NCBI GenBank assembly: GCA_963737655.1
Contig: CAVTTN010000002.1
Span: forward strand, 6,848,001 to 6,912,000
Direction of reading: 5' to 3'
DNA length: 64,000 nt
From: an uncultured Planctomycetota bacterium
GTDB taxonomy: Bacteria; Planctomycetota; Planctomycetia; Isosphaerales; Isosphaeraceae
Position numbers and translations under genes: made by a program
Notes under the pieces: generated by a model
Told to the model about the DNA's origin: nothing
The model's database searches: none
Seen by the model: only the letters and a program-made list of their open reading frames with translations
Shown here: one piece after another, positions 1-11,700 of the stretch
Layout of the letters: the number at the start of each line of letters is the position of its first letter
Position numbering within the stretch: the first letter of the stretch is position 1

Positions 1-1176
1 GGATTCCCGGGCGTAATCCCAGACGCTCAGGCTCTGCAGGAGCAGCGCGGCGACCAGCAAGCCCGAGGCGAGCTTGCCGGCGGCCCGCGAGAGGTCCAGG
101 ACGATCACCGAGGCCAGGGCCATCAGGCCGATCAGGACGACCCGTTGCGGCAGGTAATTGCCGTGGGCCGGGCCCAGGGTGTCGGGCGTGAGGGCTCCCC
201 CGACGATCAGGAGGCCCGCCAGGACCGCCCAGCCGAGGCGATCTCGGGGGACCTTCCGGACCGTCGCCACGATCGCCACGACGACCGCCGAGGCCGCCAG
301 GCCCGAGGGCGACACCAGCCCGAGCCACGCCGATTCGGCCGAGAGGAACGGCGGGACGCCCTTCTTGCCCAGGCTGATCGGGTCGACCCAGCCGAGCTGG
401 CCCTTCCACGAGGAAAGCGCCAGGGGGGCGGCCTCCAGCTCCCCCCAGATCGGCCTCATCGCGCCGCCTCGGCTCATGAATCCTCGATAGATCGGGCCCA
501 GGACGAGCAGGGGGGCCAGGCCGAGCAAGGTCCAGCCCGCCCGGGCGACCCGGGACGGGCCGGGCGTGATCGCGGCCAGGACCATCACGCCGAGGACCGT
601 CAGGCCGAGGCTCACGAGATGGGCGAAATATCCCAGGACCACGAGCCCGGCCAGCCCGCAGGCCAGCTTCGGCCCCGGGCGGTCGCGAAAGGCCCACCAC
701 AGGCCCAGCGTCGGCGGGAACAGCGAGGCGCCGAGGAGGAACCCCCAGAAGCCGAACGACCACGCCACGTTCAGCCCCACCAGCGCCGCCAGGGGGACCG
801 CGGCGGCGATCCCGCGATCGCCGACGACCCGGAGGCGGAGCCCCAGCGTCGCGACCGCCGGGGCGATCAGCGAGAGCGAGACCATCGCCCGTTCGGCGAA
901 CCGGATCGGCAAGAGGCCGATCGCGGCGAGGGCGGCGAGGTGCCCGGCCCAGTTCGGCAAGGGTTCCAGGCGGACCGAGAACGTCGAGGAGAGCGGGCCG
1001 GCTCGCCACCAGTCGGCCAGAACCTGAGCATTATAAAGGTGGGCCGGGCCGTCCTGGGTCGCGAACGCCGGCGCGGACCAGACCGCCAAAAGCGACGGCG
1101 CCAGGGCCAGGAAGAGCAGGGCCCAGGCCGTCCGGACGGCCCTGGGGTCGGTCTCGGCTCGGGTCGGGACGTCCAT
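1..1176 (-). CDS. Polytopic membrane protein (possibly GT-C-like); 3' end runs off the window
   Basis: Not in the ORF track. Manually translated from ATG at 1176 (GGAGG upstream): MDVPTRAETDPRAVRTAWALLFLALAPSLLAVWSAPAFATQDGPAHLYNAQV..., with many hydrophobic segments. Confidence 0.75.
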   Translation of the reverse strand, partial: MDVPTRAETDPRAVRTAWALLFLALAPSLLAVWSAPAFATQDGPAHLYNAQVLADWWRAGPLSSTFSVRLEPLPNWAGHLAALAAIGLLPIRFAERAMVSLSLIAPAVATLGLRLRVVGDRGIAAAVPLAALVGLNVAWSFGFWGFLLGASLFPPTLGLWWAFRDRPGPKLACGLAGLVVLGYFAHLVSLGLTVLGVMVLAAITPGPSRVARAGWTLLGLAPLLVLGPIYRGFMSRGGAMRPIWGELEAAPLALSSWKGQLGWVDPISLGKKGVPPFLSAESAWLGLVSPSGLAASAVVVAIVATVRKVPRDRLGWAVLAGLLIVGGALTPDTLGPAHGNYLPQRVVLIGLMALASVIVLDLSRAAGKLASGLLVAALLLQSLSVWDYARES

Positions 1177-1824
1177 GAGCGACGGTCAGGCGCCTCCGGC
1201 GAGGTCCGAAGGGAAAAAGGTCGGGGACAGGGGCCAACCCGACCCCTTCCGACGCCCAGAGGGCCTCGGAAGGGGCCGGGTTCGGGTGCGTAACAACCGG
1301 ACGGACGCCCGTCGAAGAAGCCGCCCCCGGCGTCCCGGAGACGGTGGGTCGGGTCGCAGCCGCTGGTGCGCGGCAAGGTCCTAAATCACGCGGTGACGAC
1401 CGACATCGGGCAACCACGGCCCGATCTGGCGATGCAATCACTATAGCCGATCCCCAACCGCCCTGCTCGGGAATTCTCCCAGGACCCAGGGCCGTTTCCC
1501 TCTCGGTGGACGAATCTTCCGAAGGAGTTTGGGTGGCACGGGATCCGTCCTCGAGACCCGTGGGCCGTCCCTCACGGGTCCCGAGGACGGATCCCGTGCC
1601 GCCTACAATGCTTCCGGCCGAAACTTCTCGGAGAAGGAAACGGCCCGGACAACCGGCCTCTCAACTGACATTTTCGGGGCTCGGTGGTAAACTCGGGAGG
1701 GTGGGGTCGTCCCCGGACGATCCTTTCCTCCGTGAGTGAGCGATTTCGCCCTTCCGCTCCCGCCGGCGGGGGTGGCGACCCGATCGAAACGACCGGACTG
1801 GTCCGGACCGGAAGGGGGCAGACG

Positions 1825-4479
1825 ATGGCCCGACGACTCATTGCCCCGGCCTTGCCGTCCTGGGTGGGAGACTTGCCCGTCTTCGAACGGGCCCTGGGCA
1901 ACGGCCTGAAGGCCCTGGCCCTCCCTCGGCCCCATTCGCCGGTCGTCGTGTGCGACCTGTATTACCCCGTGGGCTCGGTCGATGAGCCTCCGGGCAAGAC
2001 CGGCCTGGCCCATTTCGTCGAGCACATGCTCTTCAAGGGCACCGCCCGGTTCCCCAAGGGGCAGATTGACCGCCTCGCGTTCCTCGCCGCCGGGCAGTCC
2101 AACGCCGAGACCGGCGAGGACCTCACCCATTACTGGTTCGCCTTCCCGGCCGATCGCTGGGAGGTGGCCCTGGCCATCGAGGCCGACCGGATGCGAGGCG
2201 CCGGCTTCGACCCCGCCGAGGTCGAGGCCGAGCGCCGGGTGATCGTCGAGGAACGGTCCCGGGAGCTCGATTCCCCGCTCGGGCGGCTCGACCAGCACCA
2301 CCTGGCCACCAGCTACCAGACCCACCCCTACCGCAACCCGATCCTGGGATGGCCGGACGACTTGCGGAAGACGACGGTCGAGGATTTGACCCGGTTCTAT
2401 CGCGATTACTACCGGCCCGACGGCGCGGTGGTCGTCGTCGTCGGCGGGATCGACCCGGAGAAGGCCCTGGACCGCGTCGAGGCCCATTTCGGCCGGCTCG
2501 CCCGGGGCCAGACGCCTCGACCGGCCCCCCCTCCGAGCGAGCCCCGGCAGAACGGCCGCCGCGAATTCGTCCTGATGGAGCCCGATTCGGTCGCCCGCGG
2601 TTTGTTTGGCTGGCATTCGACCCCCAGAGGGCATGCCGACGGCCCCCCTCTGGACGTCCTGTCCGACCTCTTGACCTGCGGCCGACGCTCGCGGTTGTGG
2701 GATCGCCTGGTCGAGCGAGACCGCCTGGCGACCTGGGTGGAGGCGGCGCAGGAGCCGTCCCGGCAAGCCGGGCAATTTCTGATCCAGGTCGAGGCCGCGC
2801 CGGGCGTCGATCCGAAGCGTCTGGAAGCCGCCATCCTCGCCGAGATCGCCGAGATCGTCGCCACCGGTCCGACCCCCGAGGAGCTCGTCCGCTCGCGAAA
2901 CCGCCTGGAAGCGGCCTGGCGATGGGAGCAGGAAGACGTGTTCGGCCTGGCCTCGGGCCTGGGGCACGTGGCGCTCTGGGACGACTGGCGGGCCTGGCAG
3001 GCGGAGCATCGGGCCGCCCTCGCGGTCTCGGCCGAGAGCGTCCGCCGGGTCGCCTCGGCGTACCTGGTCGAATCGGGGCTGACGCTGGGATGGTCGTTGC
3101 CCAAGGGGTCGAGGACGGTCGTCGAGCGGGTCGCTCCTCCGCTCCCGCCCGGCCCGAGCCGCGAATCCGCCCCGCCGGCCCCGGATCGGCCGATCGCCGT
3201 GGCGTTGCCCTCGGGAGGCTCGACGCTGGCCGACTTCCAGCCCTCGAAATCCGTTCTGCCCAACGGCTTGCGCCTGCTGACCGAGACCCGGCCGGGCACC
3301 GGGATCGTCGCTTTGGACCTGTACGTGGACGCCGGCTCCCTCCGGGAGTCCAAGCCCGGCCTCGCCCACCTGACCGGCCGGCTCCGCGAGGAGGGGACCC
3401 GGCGGCGATCGGCCGAGGAGATCGCCTCGGCGATCGAGGACGTGGGCGGGACGCTCGACGTCGGCTCGACGGGCGCCTCGCTGCGGGTCCGGGCCGAAGA
3501 CCTGGACCTGGCGATGGACCTCCTGGCCGACGTGACGCTCCGGCCCGCGTTCCCGGCCGACGCCGTGTCCTGGACCCGGAGGCGGATCGCCTCGGAGCGC
3601 CGGGCCGATCGCGACGACCCGTCCTATCGCGCCGAAGAACGGTTCCGGGCCTTGATTTACGGCGATCACCCCTACGGCCGGGATTTCCGGGGGTCGGCCC
3701 GGACGCTGTCGGGGATCACCCTGGAGGACGTCCGCGGCCACCACGACCGCTTCTTCGCCGCCGATAACGCGATCCTGGTGGCGGTCGGCGATTTCGACCC
3801 GAAGGCCCTGGACGGCCTGACCCACCGCCTCCTCGGTCGCTGGAAGCCGCGAGGCCCGCTGCCGCCCGCGCCTCGAGTCCCGGCCCGACCGGGCCGGAGG
3901 GTCTCGCGGAGGGTGGCGGCGACGGGCGAGCAGGTCCATATTTTGATCGGTCACCTCGGGATCACCCGGACCGACCCGGACCATGATGCGTTGATGGTCC
4001 TGGACCACATCCTGGGCAGCGGGCCCGGGTTCACCGATCGGCTCAGCCGCATCCTTCGGGACGAGATGGGCCTGGCCTACAGCGTCGGCGGAGGGATGAC
4101 CGACTCGGCCGACCTCATCCCCGGCCTCCTGAGGATCTACCTCGGAACCGCCCCGGCCGAGGCCGACCGCGCGGTCAAGGCGGCGGTCGCCCAGATCGAG
4201 GCGATCCACCGGGGCGAGTTCTCCGACGAGGAGGTCGATCGGGCCCGCCGCTACCTCGCCGGCTCCTGGGTCTTCGACTTCCAGACCGTCGGCCAGAGGG
4301 CCGAACGGCTCCTGGAGCTCGAACGCTGGGGCCTGCCCCTGGACGACCCGCTCGGCCTGCCCGGCCGGATGGCCGCCATCACCACCGAGCAGGTCCGCCA
4401 GGCCGCCCGCCGCCACATCGACCCGCGATCGCTCGTGAGGGTCGAGTACGGGCCGATCGTCCGCCGGCGGTCCTCCTGA
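1825..4479 (+). CDS. M16 (insulinase/pitrilysin) zinc protease with two fused halves
   Basis: Inverted zincin motif GLAHFVEH in the N-half. The second M16 half (LPNGLRL...PGLAHLTGRL) lacks the motif. ATG at 1825 follows GGAAGGGGG. Confidence 0.92.
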   Translation: MARRLIAPALPSWVGDLPVFERALGNGLKALALPRPHSPVVVCDLYYPVGSVDEPPGKTGLAHFVEHMLFKGTARFPKGQIDRLAFLAAGQSNAETGEDLTHYWFAFPADRWEVALAIEADRMRGAGFDPAEVEAERRVIVEERSRELDSPLGRLDQHHLATSYQTHPYRNPILGWPDDLRKTTVEDLTRFYRDYYRPDGAVVVVVGGIDPEKALDRVEAHFGRLARGQTPRPAPPPSEPRQNGRREFVLMEPDSVARGLFGWHSTPRGHADGPPLDVLSDLLTCGRRSRLWDRLVERDRLATWVEAAQEPSRQAGQFLIQVEAAPGVDPKRLEAAILAEIAEIVATGPTPEELVRSRNRLEAAWRWEQEDVFGLASGLGHVALWDDWRAWQAEHRAALAVSAESVRRVASAYLVESGLTLGWSLPKGSRTVVERVAPPLPPGPSRESAPPAPDRPIAVALPSGGSTLADFQPSKSVLPNGLRLLTETRPGTGIVALDLYVDAGSLRESKPGLAHLTGRLREEGTRRRSAEEIASAIEDVGGTLDVGSTGASLRVRAEDLDLAMDLLADVTLRPAFPADAVSWTRRRIASERRADRDDPSYRAEERFRALIYGDHPYGRDFRGSARTLSGITLEDVRGHHDRFFAADNAILVAVGDFDPKALDGLTHRLLGRWKPRGPLPPAPRVPARPGRRVSRRVAATGEQVHILIGHLGITRTDPDHDALMVLDHILGSGPGFTDRLSRILRDEMGLAYSVGGGMTDSADLIPGLLRIYLGTAPAEADRAVKAAVAQIEAIHRGEFSDEEVDRARRYLAGSWVFDFQTVGQRAERLLELERWGLPLDDPLGLPGRMAAITTEQVRQAARRHIDPRSLVRVEYGPIVRRRSS

Positions 4480-4575
4480 TATTTTGTCCAGGTTTTTGCT
4501 GGACCCGGGCCGGTCGTCGCGTTATTCTCCCATTTCGAGGGAACGATCGGCCCACGGACGACCGGAGGCAAGGCG

Positions 4576-5469
4576 ATGGCCCGCGTCGAATCGATCGAGG
4601 AAGCCGCCTATCCCGACGCCTCGGAGCTGATCTCGGAGGACGGCATCCCCTTGGAGACGCCCTGGCACCGGGCCGAGATCGGCGTGTTGATCGATTCCCT
4701 GGCCTACCACTGGCGGGACCGCGACGATTTCTACGTCGGCGGCAACATGTTCATCTATTTCAGCGCCGAACAGGCGAGGAACCGCGACTATCGGGGGCCG
4801 GACTTCTTCTTCGTGGACGGCGTCCGCCGCCGGCCCCCTCGGCCGTACTGGGCCGTGTGGCTGGAAGGGTTCAAATTCCCCGATCTGATCATCGAATTGA
4901 CCTCGCCCAGCACCGCCCGGGAGGACCGAACGACCAAGAAAGACCTCTATGAGAGGACGTTCCAGACCCGGGAGTACATTCTCCTCGATCCCGACGACCG
5001 CCGGACCGAGGGCTGGAGGCTCGACGAGGAGGGGCATTATCAACCGATCCCGCTCGACGCCCGAGGGCGGCTCTGGTGCGAGACGGTCGGCTTCTACCTC
5101 GGCCCGTGGGAGGGCCCTTACGGCGAATTCGACGAGCCCGCGTCCTTCCACCGCTTCTTCACCCCGAGAGGGGACCTGATCCTCCTGCCCGGGGAGGCCG
5201 AACGAGTTCGAGCCGACGAGGAACGGAACCGCGCCGACGAGGCGAGCCTCCGCGCCGACGAAGCGAGCCTCCGCGCCAATGAAGCGAGCCTTCGAGCCGA
5301 CGAGGCAAGCCTCCGCGCCGACGAAGCGAGCCTTCGGGTCGAGGAGGCGCGTCTCCGCGCCGAGGAGGCCGTCGCCCGTGCCGAGGCCGAGCGCCAGCGG
5401 GCCGACGCTTCGGCCGAGGAAGCGGCGAGGCTTCGGGCGTTGCTGGCCGAGCTTCAGGGGCGTCAGTAG
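4576..5469 (+). CDS. Uma2/DUF820 family endonuclease with C-terminal coiled coil
   Basis: GPDFFFV, PDLIIELTSPST and EYILLDP motifs; repeated heptad tail; GGAGG RBS. Confidence 0.9.
   Translation: MARVESIEEAAYPDASELISEDGIPLETPWHRAEIGVLIDSLAYHWRDRDDFYVGGNMFIYFSAEQARNRDYRGPDFFFVDGVRRRPPRPYWAVWLEGFKFPDLIIELTSPSTAREDRTTKKDLYERTFQTREYILLDPDDRRTEGWRLDEEGHYQPIPLDARGRLWCETVGFYLGPWEGPYGEFDEPASFHRFFTPRGDLILLPGEAERVRADEERNRADEASLRADEASLRANEASLRADEASLRADEASLRVEEARLRAEEAVARAEAERQRADASAEEAARLRALLAELQGRQ
5230..5334 (+). repeat. Five tandem 21-bp coding repeats (RADEASL heptad)
   Basis: cgcgccgacgaggcgagcctc-like units x5, with synonymous variation and one D-to-N change. Confidence 0.9.
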
Positions 5470-6470
5470 GCCCGGCGGACCACGTAGGCCGTCAGGGCCT
5501 GGAGGACCTGCCGGGCCTGCGAGTCGGGCAGTCCGTCCAGCGCCCTCCGGGCCGATTCGGCGAACTCCCCGGCGCGGTCCCAGGCGTATTGCAGGGCCCC
5601 GGAGTCTTCCAGGAGGGGGCGGAGGGCCCGTCGGGCGTCGGTCCCGGGGTGGCCGAGCAGGTCGCGGATCCGCTCCGCCTCGGCGGGCCGGGCCGTGGCG
5701 AGGAGGCGAATCAAGGGGAGAGTGAGCTTTTGCTTCTCCAGGTCGGTGCCGAGCGTCTTGCCCGTGGTCCTCTCCTCGCCCCAGAGGTCCAGGACGTCGT
5801 CGGCGATCTGGAACGCCACGCCGAGGTCACGCCCGAAGCCGTCCATCGCCTCGACGACCTCGGCCGAGGCCCCCGCGTAGTGCGCCCCGAGCCGGCAGGA
5901 GACCGCCGTGAGCTCGGCCGTCTTCCCCCGGACGATCTCGTAATACGAATCCTCGTCCAGGTCGAGATTGCCCCGGTTGTGCACCTGCTGCATCTCGCCT
6001 TCGCACACCAGGTTCGTCGCCCGGCCGATCAGCCGGCAGGCCAGGGTGGTCTCCAGGCTGGCGGCGAGGTGGAATGCGTGAGTGAACAGGTAATCGCCGA
6101 TCAGCACGGCCGACTCGTTCCCCCATTCGGCGTTGACCGTCGCGGCGTGGCGGCGGACCAGGGCCTCGTCGAGGATGTCGTCGTGGACCAGGGTCGCGGT
6201 GTGGATCATCTCGACCACGGCGGCCAGGACCGGATGCTCGTCGCGGATGCCTCCGCAGGCCTTCGCCGTCAGCAGGAGGAGGGCCGGCCGGAGCCTCTTG
6301 CCCTGGAGCTCCGAGCAGTGCTCGACCAGCCGGGCCACATACGGCGATCGGCTGGCCAGCTCGGTCGCGTAGATCCGATCGGCCTCGGCCAGCTCGGCGG
6401 CGATCGGCGCGTAGGCGTCGGCCAGCCGTCGGCGGGCGTCCTCGGGCTTCCTCAGGACCGTCAGGCTCAT
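5463..6470 (-). CDS. Trans-polyprenyl diphosphate synthase (IspB/HepT-like)
   Basis: GKRLRP, first Asp-rich motif LVHDDILD...RR, GKTA, and second motif FQIADDVLD. Confidence 0.93.
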   Translation of the reverse strand: MSLTVLRKPEDARRRLADAYAPIAAELAEADRIYATELASRSPYVARLVEHCSELQGKRLRPALLLLTAKACGGIRDEHPVLAAVVEMIHTATLVHDDILDEALVRRHAATVNAEWGNESAVLIGDYLFTHAFHLAASLETTLACRLIGRATNLVCEGEMQQVHNRGNLDLDEDSYYEIVRGKTAELTAVSCRLGAHYAGASAEVVEAMDGFGRDLGVAFQIADDVLDLWGEERTTGKTLGTDLEKQKLTLPLIRLLATARPAEAERIRDLLGHPGTDARRALRPLLEDSGALQYAWDRAGEFAESARRALDGLPDSQARQVLQALTAYVVRRAY

Positions 6471-7000
6471 CCGTCGGCTCCCCCGGGATTCGGTGACGAG
6501 GCCGGGGGCGACGGGCCGCCGTCCGAGTCGCCTCGGAGATACGTCCCGCTCCGGCCCCCGGTCTTCTCTTCGAGCCTCACGCCGTCGATCGTCATCCCGC
6601 GATCGACGGCCTTCGCCATGTCATAGACGGTCAGCGCGGCCACCGCCGCGGCGGTGAGCGCCTCCATCTCCACGCCGGTCCGTCCCCGGGTCCGGGCCCG
6701 GGCCTCGATCCCCAGGGTCGAGGCGTCGAGGAACGAGAACCCGACCTCCACCGCGTCCAGCCCCAGCGGGTGGCACAACGGGATCAGGTCGGCGGTCTTC
6801 TTGGCCGCCATGATCCCGGCGATCCTCGCGACCTCGAAGACGTCCCCCTTGGCCAATCCCCGATCGCGGATCAGCGCCAGGGTCTCCGGCCTCATCCGGA
6901 CCAGGGCCGACGCCCGGGCCGTCCTCTCCGTCGCCTCCTTGCCCGAGACGTCCACCATCCGGCTCGCCCCGAGTTCATCGAAATGGGTCAGGCCGGCCAT
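6467..7000 (-). CDS. moaC: Cyclic pyranopterin monophosphate synthase MoaC
   Basis: LTHFD...[37 protein letters not shown]. Confidence 0.97.
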   Translation of the reverse strand: MAGLTHFDELGASRMVDVSGKEATERTARASALVRMRPETLALIRDRGLAKGDVFEVARIAGIMAAKKTADLIPLCHPLGLDAVEVGFSFLDASTLGIEARARTRGRTGVEMEALTAAAVAALTVYDMAKAVDRGMTIDGVRLEEKTGGRSGTYLRGDSDGGPSPPASSPNPGGADG

Positions 7001-7101
7001 GACGGGTCTTCCCGTGACGTTCAATTCATTCTGAACGAATTGTAGGCCGATCGCCCGGGAGTTTCAATCTCGGTTGAAAGATTTTTCCGGGCCCATTCCG
7101 T

Positions 7102-8709
7102 TCACCTCCGCCAGAGGCCCGAGAGCCAGACGCCCTGCCGCGATCGGACGAAGGCCGGCGGTCGCGAGGCCAGGGCGCGCATCTCGGGCGTCCAGTACGC
7201 GTCCCGGCGGTAGAGGACGACCCATTCGGAGCGGTCCAGGGCCTCCTGATCGTCCAGCGCCACGGGTTTTTGCGCCATCTTGCGGGTGGTCATCGCCCGG
7301 CCCTGCTCGGGGACGAGCGTCGGGGCCAGGGCGCACGGCGATCCGGCCTGCGCCTCCCGGGCGAGGCGATCCAGGAGGACGCGATCGACCGAATCGCCCC
7401 AGTACGTCAGCTCCAGGCCGAGTTTCTCGGCGCCGGGCAGACCTCCGACGAGGACGTTGTAATAGCTCAGCCCGAACGGGTGGATCGTCACCACGCCGAC
7501 GGCCTGGAAGAGCGTGGCCGCCACGAGCGCCGCTTTCCAGGTCGGTCGATTCGTCAGGTCGTCCCAGACCGCCGCGAATCCTCGGCCGACGAGCAGGGCG
7601 AGCAGGGGAAACGCCGGCAGGAACAGCCTCTCGCCGTCGTAAATCGGCACCTTCGTGCTGAACAGGACGAGCCAGCCGACGATCGTGCCCAGGAGGAGCA
7701 GGCCGAACGGGTCGTCCCGGCGGTCGCGGACGCCCCGAGACGCGCCGATCCCGCCCAGGATCAGCAGGCCGACGGGCACCGTCGCCCCGAAATAGACCCA
7801 CGGGTAATGCCAGGGGACCTCGCGATCGGCATAAATCGAGCCGAAATAGAGGACGCGGATCGGGTCCCGGCGGACGCCCGTCGCCAGATATGCGGAGAGC
7901 CGGTCCCACGAGTCGTACCAGAGCCACGGCCATCCGGCGAAGAAGACGGCCAGGCCGACCAGCCCCCACAAGGCCATCGCCGGGATCGCCCGGCGGATCG
8001 GCAATCGCACGAGGACCCACGCGAGGACGACCGGAGGCAGGAGCCATCCGTGGATCTTGGTCAGCAGGGCCAATCCCCAGAAAACGCCCGAGAACGCCAT
8101 CGCCAGGGCTGGCCTCGGCGAGTCGGCCGCCTCCACCGCCTTGAGCAGGGCGAGCGTCCAGAACAGGGCCACGAACGTATCCAGGGCCCCGAGATGCGCA
8201 TGGGCGAACGCCCGGGGCATGACCGCCAGCGAAAAACCCGCCACGACCGCCGCGCCCGGGCCATATCGACGCCCGGCCGCCGCCGAGACCAGCCCCACCA
8301 GCGCCGCGAAGCAGACGGCCGGCGCGACCCGGGCCGAGAGCAGATAACTCTCGGGCCGGACCGGATCGCGACCGAGGAAAATCGTCTCGACCGGCTCGCC
8401 CAGGGTCGAGGCGATCCCCAGGAGCCATCGGCCCAGGGGGGGATGCTCCTTGTTGTGGAGGAACACGCGATCGACCGTCTTCCGGTCGAAGAACCCGATC
8501 CCCCGGGCCCGCAAGGTCTGAACATATTCGCGACCGGGGCGAACGTCGAGCCGTTCATCCATCGTCTGGCCGGGGTCGCCGAGCGTCAGGAGGACGCTCA
8601 GCCCCGACCCGAAGGCCAGGGCCAGGGCGATCCGGCCGACGGTCCAGAAGGATGGACGGCCCGGGGGGAACCGGGGAGGCAGGGGGATCGTCGTCGAGGC
8701 GTCCCCCAT
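7102..8709 (-). CDS. ArnT/PMT-like (GT39) membrane glycosyltransferase
   Basis: Early DE motif, EHPPLG, GLALLTK and multiple TM helices. Confidence 0.85.
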   Translation of the reverse strand: MGDASTTIPLPPRFPPGRPSFWTVGRIALALAFGSGLSVLLTLGDPGQTMDERLDVRPGREYVQTLRARGIGFFDRKTVDRVFLHNKEHPPLGRWLLGIASTLGEPVETIFLGRDPVRPESYLLSARVAPAVCFAALVGLVSAAAGRRYGPGAAVVAGFSLAVMPRAFAHAHLGALDTFVALFWTLALLKAVEAADSPRPALAMAFSGVFWGLALLTKIHGWLLPPVVLAWVLVRLPIRRAIPAMALWGLVGLAVFFAGWPWLWYDSWDRLSAYLATGVRRDPIRVLYFGSIYADREVPWHYPWVYFGATVPVGLLILGGIGASRGVRDRRDDPFGLLLLGTIVGWLVLFSTKVPIYDGERLFLPAFPLLALLVGRGFAAVWDDLTNRPTWKAALVAATLFQAVGVVTIHPFGLSYYNVLVGGLPGAEKLGLELTYWGDSVDRVLLDRLAREAQAGSPCALAPTLVPEQGRAMTTRKMAQKPVALDDQEALDRSEWVVLYRRDAYWTPEMRALASRPPAFVRSRQGVWLSGLWRR

Positions 8710-8734
8710 GATCGTCGCGGCCCTCCCCGGACCG

Positions 8735-11700
8735 TCACTCTCCCGCCTGGGGCGTGGTGTGCTGCGGGTCGGCCCCGGGTTCGACCTGGGGCGGGGCGTC
8801 GGTGGCGGGGGATTCGGCCGGGGCCGATTCGCCTTCGCCGCCCGGCTGGTCCTCGTCGTCGGGGCCCTTGGAGCGGGCCTCGAAGAGTTGCTTGAGCTGG
8901 CCGAAGGTCCGCAAGGGGACGCTGCCGGTCAGGGCGTCCTTGGACAGCGGAGGCGGAGGGGCGGCGGGCTTGGGCTTGGGCTTGGGGGCATTCGGATCGA
9001 CGGGGGTTTGCGGGTCCCGGGCGCCTCCGGGGCCTCCTCGGTTGGGTCCGCCTCGATTCGGCCCGCCTCGGCCTCCGGGGCCTCCTCGGCCGCCCTGGGC
9101 CCTCTGCGGGAGGAACTTGGCGAAGCGGTCCTGCGGGGCGGGCGGGCGGTTCTGGCCCCCGCCCGGGGGCCGATCGCCCCGGGGGGCGCCTTCGCCCGGA
9201 GGGCCTCCGCCCTCGCCGGCCGGGCGCACGCCCCGGGCCGGTCCCGGCCTCCGGTCGCCCGGGGGGCCTCCGCCCGGTCCGCCGGGGCCCGGCCCCTGAC
9301 CCTGGGGCCGCCCCTCGCCGCGACGAGGGCCGCGTTCGGGTCGCTCGCCCCGCTCCCCGCGTTCGCCGGCACCCCGGGGGCGCTCCGTCCCCGGCTTGAC
9401 CATCGTCAACGAGACCCGCTTCCGCTCGTTATCGACGCCCATGACCCACACGCTGACCACGTCCCCCACGCTCACCACGTCGTGGGGGCTCTTGATGTAG
9501 CGGTTGGCGAGCTGGCTGATGTGGACGAGCCCCGAGTCCTTCAAACCGATGTCCACGAACGCGCCGAAGTCCACGACGTTCAGGACGGTGCCCTTGAGCT
9601 CCATCCCGGCGGCGAGGTCTTCGAGCTTCAGGACGCCCTTCTTGAAGATCGGCTTGGGCAGGTCTTCGCGCGGGTCGCGCTCGGGCCGGGCCAGGGCCTC
9701 GAAGATGTCGTGGAGGGTCGGCTCGCCGATCTCCAGCTCCTTGGCCATCGCCGGGAGGTCGGCCGTGTTGAGCTTCTCGTGGAGCTCGGGGAGCCGGTCC
9801 TTCTGGGTCAGGATCTCGGGCGCGAACCCGAGCTTTTCGAGGACCTTGGTCGCGACCTCGTAGCTCTCCGGGTGGATCCAGGTCCGGTCGAACGGGTTGG
9901 CCGACTCGCGGACCTTCAGGAACCCGGCAGCCTGGGTGAACGTCGCCGGGCCGACGCCCTCGACGCCCTGGATCGCCGATCGCTCGGCGAACGGGCCGTG
10001 GGCCGTCCGGTGCTCGACCAGGCGGCGGGCCGTCAGGGCGTTCAGGCCCGAGACGTGGCGGAGCAGGGGGATGCTCGCCGTGTTCAGATCGACCCCGACG
10101 AAGTTCACGCAGCTCTCGATGACCGATTCCAGGCTCTCCTTGAGCTGCTTCGGGCTGACGTCGTGCTGATACAGGCCCACGCCGATGTTCTGGGGCTCGA
10201 TCTTGACGAGCTCGGAGAGCGGGTCCTGGAGCCTCCGGCCGATCGAGACGGTGCCCCGGGTGGTGGCGTCGAGGTCCGGGAACTCCTCGCGACCCACCGG
10301 GCTGGCCGAGTAGACGCTGGCTCCGGCCTCGTTCACGATCACGTAGGAAAGCTGGGCCAGCATGGGGTCGGCCGAGTGGGGCCGGGGAGGAGGGGGCGGC
10401 CCCTTGGGCTTCGGAGGCCGGGGGGCGGACTCCTTCTTCTCCCCGTGTTCCTTCGGTTCCCTCGGCTCCCTCGGCTCCTTCGGGGCCTTGGGAGGCCGGG
10501 CGAAGTCGGGCGCCGGCGCGGGCGCCGAGGCCGGCTTGTGCGAGGGAGGGGTCGGCGAGGCCGTGGCGGCCGGGGCCTCGCCGTTGGCTTCGCCGCCCTC
10601 GCCTTCGACCGGCGCCGAGGCCGTCGCGGCGACCTCCGGGGCCTCGTGACCTTCCGCCGGGGGCGGGACGGTCTCGATCGGCGTCTCGGCCGGGGCCGAT
10701 TCGGGGGCCGCCGAGGCTTCGGGCTCGGCGGGGGCCGAGGGCGCGGCCGCTTCATGGGCCGAGGGCGCGGCCGCTTCATGGGCCGGGTTGCGGGTCGCCT
10801 CGGCGTCGGGGTTTTCCAGGACGTCCGCCTTGTGGGCCGAGCCCTCGGGCTCCTCGGAGTAGGCGGACGAGGGCGGCGCCGCGGCGCGGGGTCATGGGGC
10901 GGAGGCGGGCTTTCCTCCCCTTCGTCGGGCGCCCCTCCGGTGATCGGCGGCATGGCCTCGACGGGCTCGGCGCCGTCGGCGTGGCCGATCGGCCCGTTCT
11001 CGGTCGGGGCGGAGGAGTTGTGATCCGATTGGGGGTCGAGCGCCGGGGCGGCGTCGAGGGTCGGCGCCTCGGCGGCTTCCTCGGCCTGGTGGACGGCCTC
11101 GGCCATCGTCACCGGCGAATCGGCCGGTTCTTCCGGGGCGGCGGCCTCCGAGTCGGGCGATTCCGGGGCGTCCTCGGCCGGCGCCTCCGGGTGAGACGCC
11201 CCCTCGGGAGCGGCCGGAGCCGCGGGCGCCGGGACGGCCATCGCCCGGGCGGCGGCCTCGGGGTCGGTGTGGAACATCGTCCCTTCGGAGATGATCTCGG
11301 CCACGAGCTCCTCGGTCTCCCGGCAGGCCGTGCCGTTGCCGATCGCCACCACGCCCACCTGATGCTTGCCGACCAGGTCCTTCAAGACCTGCTTGGCCTC
11401 GTGGCGGCGATTCTGGGGCTGGTGCGGGTGGATCGTCGTCTGTTCCAGCAATTCGCCGTGGGGGCCCAGGACCGCCACCTTGCATCCGGTGCGGAACCCG
11501 GGGTCGATGGCCAGGACCGTCTGCTTCAGGATCGGCGGCTGGAGCAGCAGGCTGCGGAGGTTCCGGGCGAACACGTCCACGGCGTGCCGCTCGGCCATCT
11601 CGGTCAGGTCGCGACGGACCTCGCGCTCCAGGCTGGGCAGGAGGAGCCGATCGAGCGCGTCCAGCGCGGCCCGGGCGAAGAAGTCGCCGTGGGGGTGGCC

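Noticed and set aside
1603..4416. Long antisense or alternative-frame ORFs (also 10894-13014, 25237-28149, 34646-36784, 60799-63789)
   Set aside because: Shadow ORFs of real genes in high-GC DNA, with no recognisable motifs.
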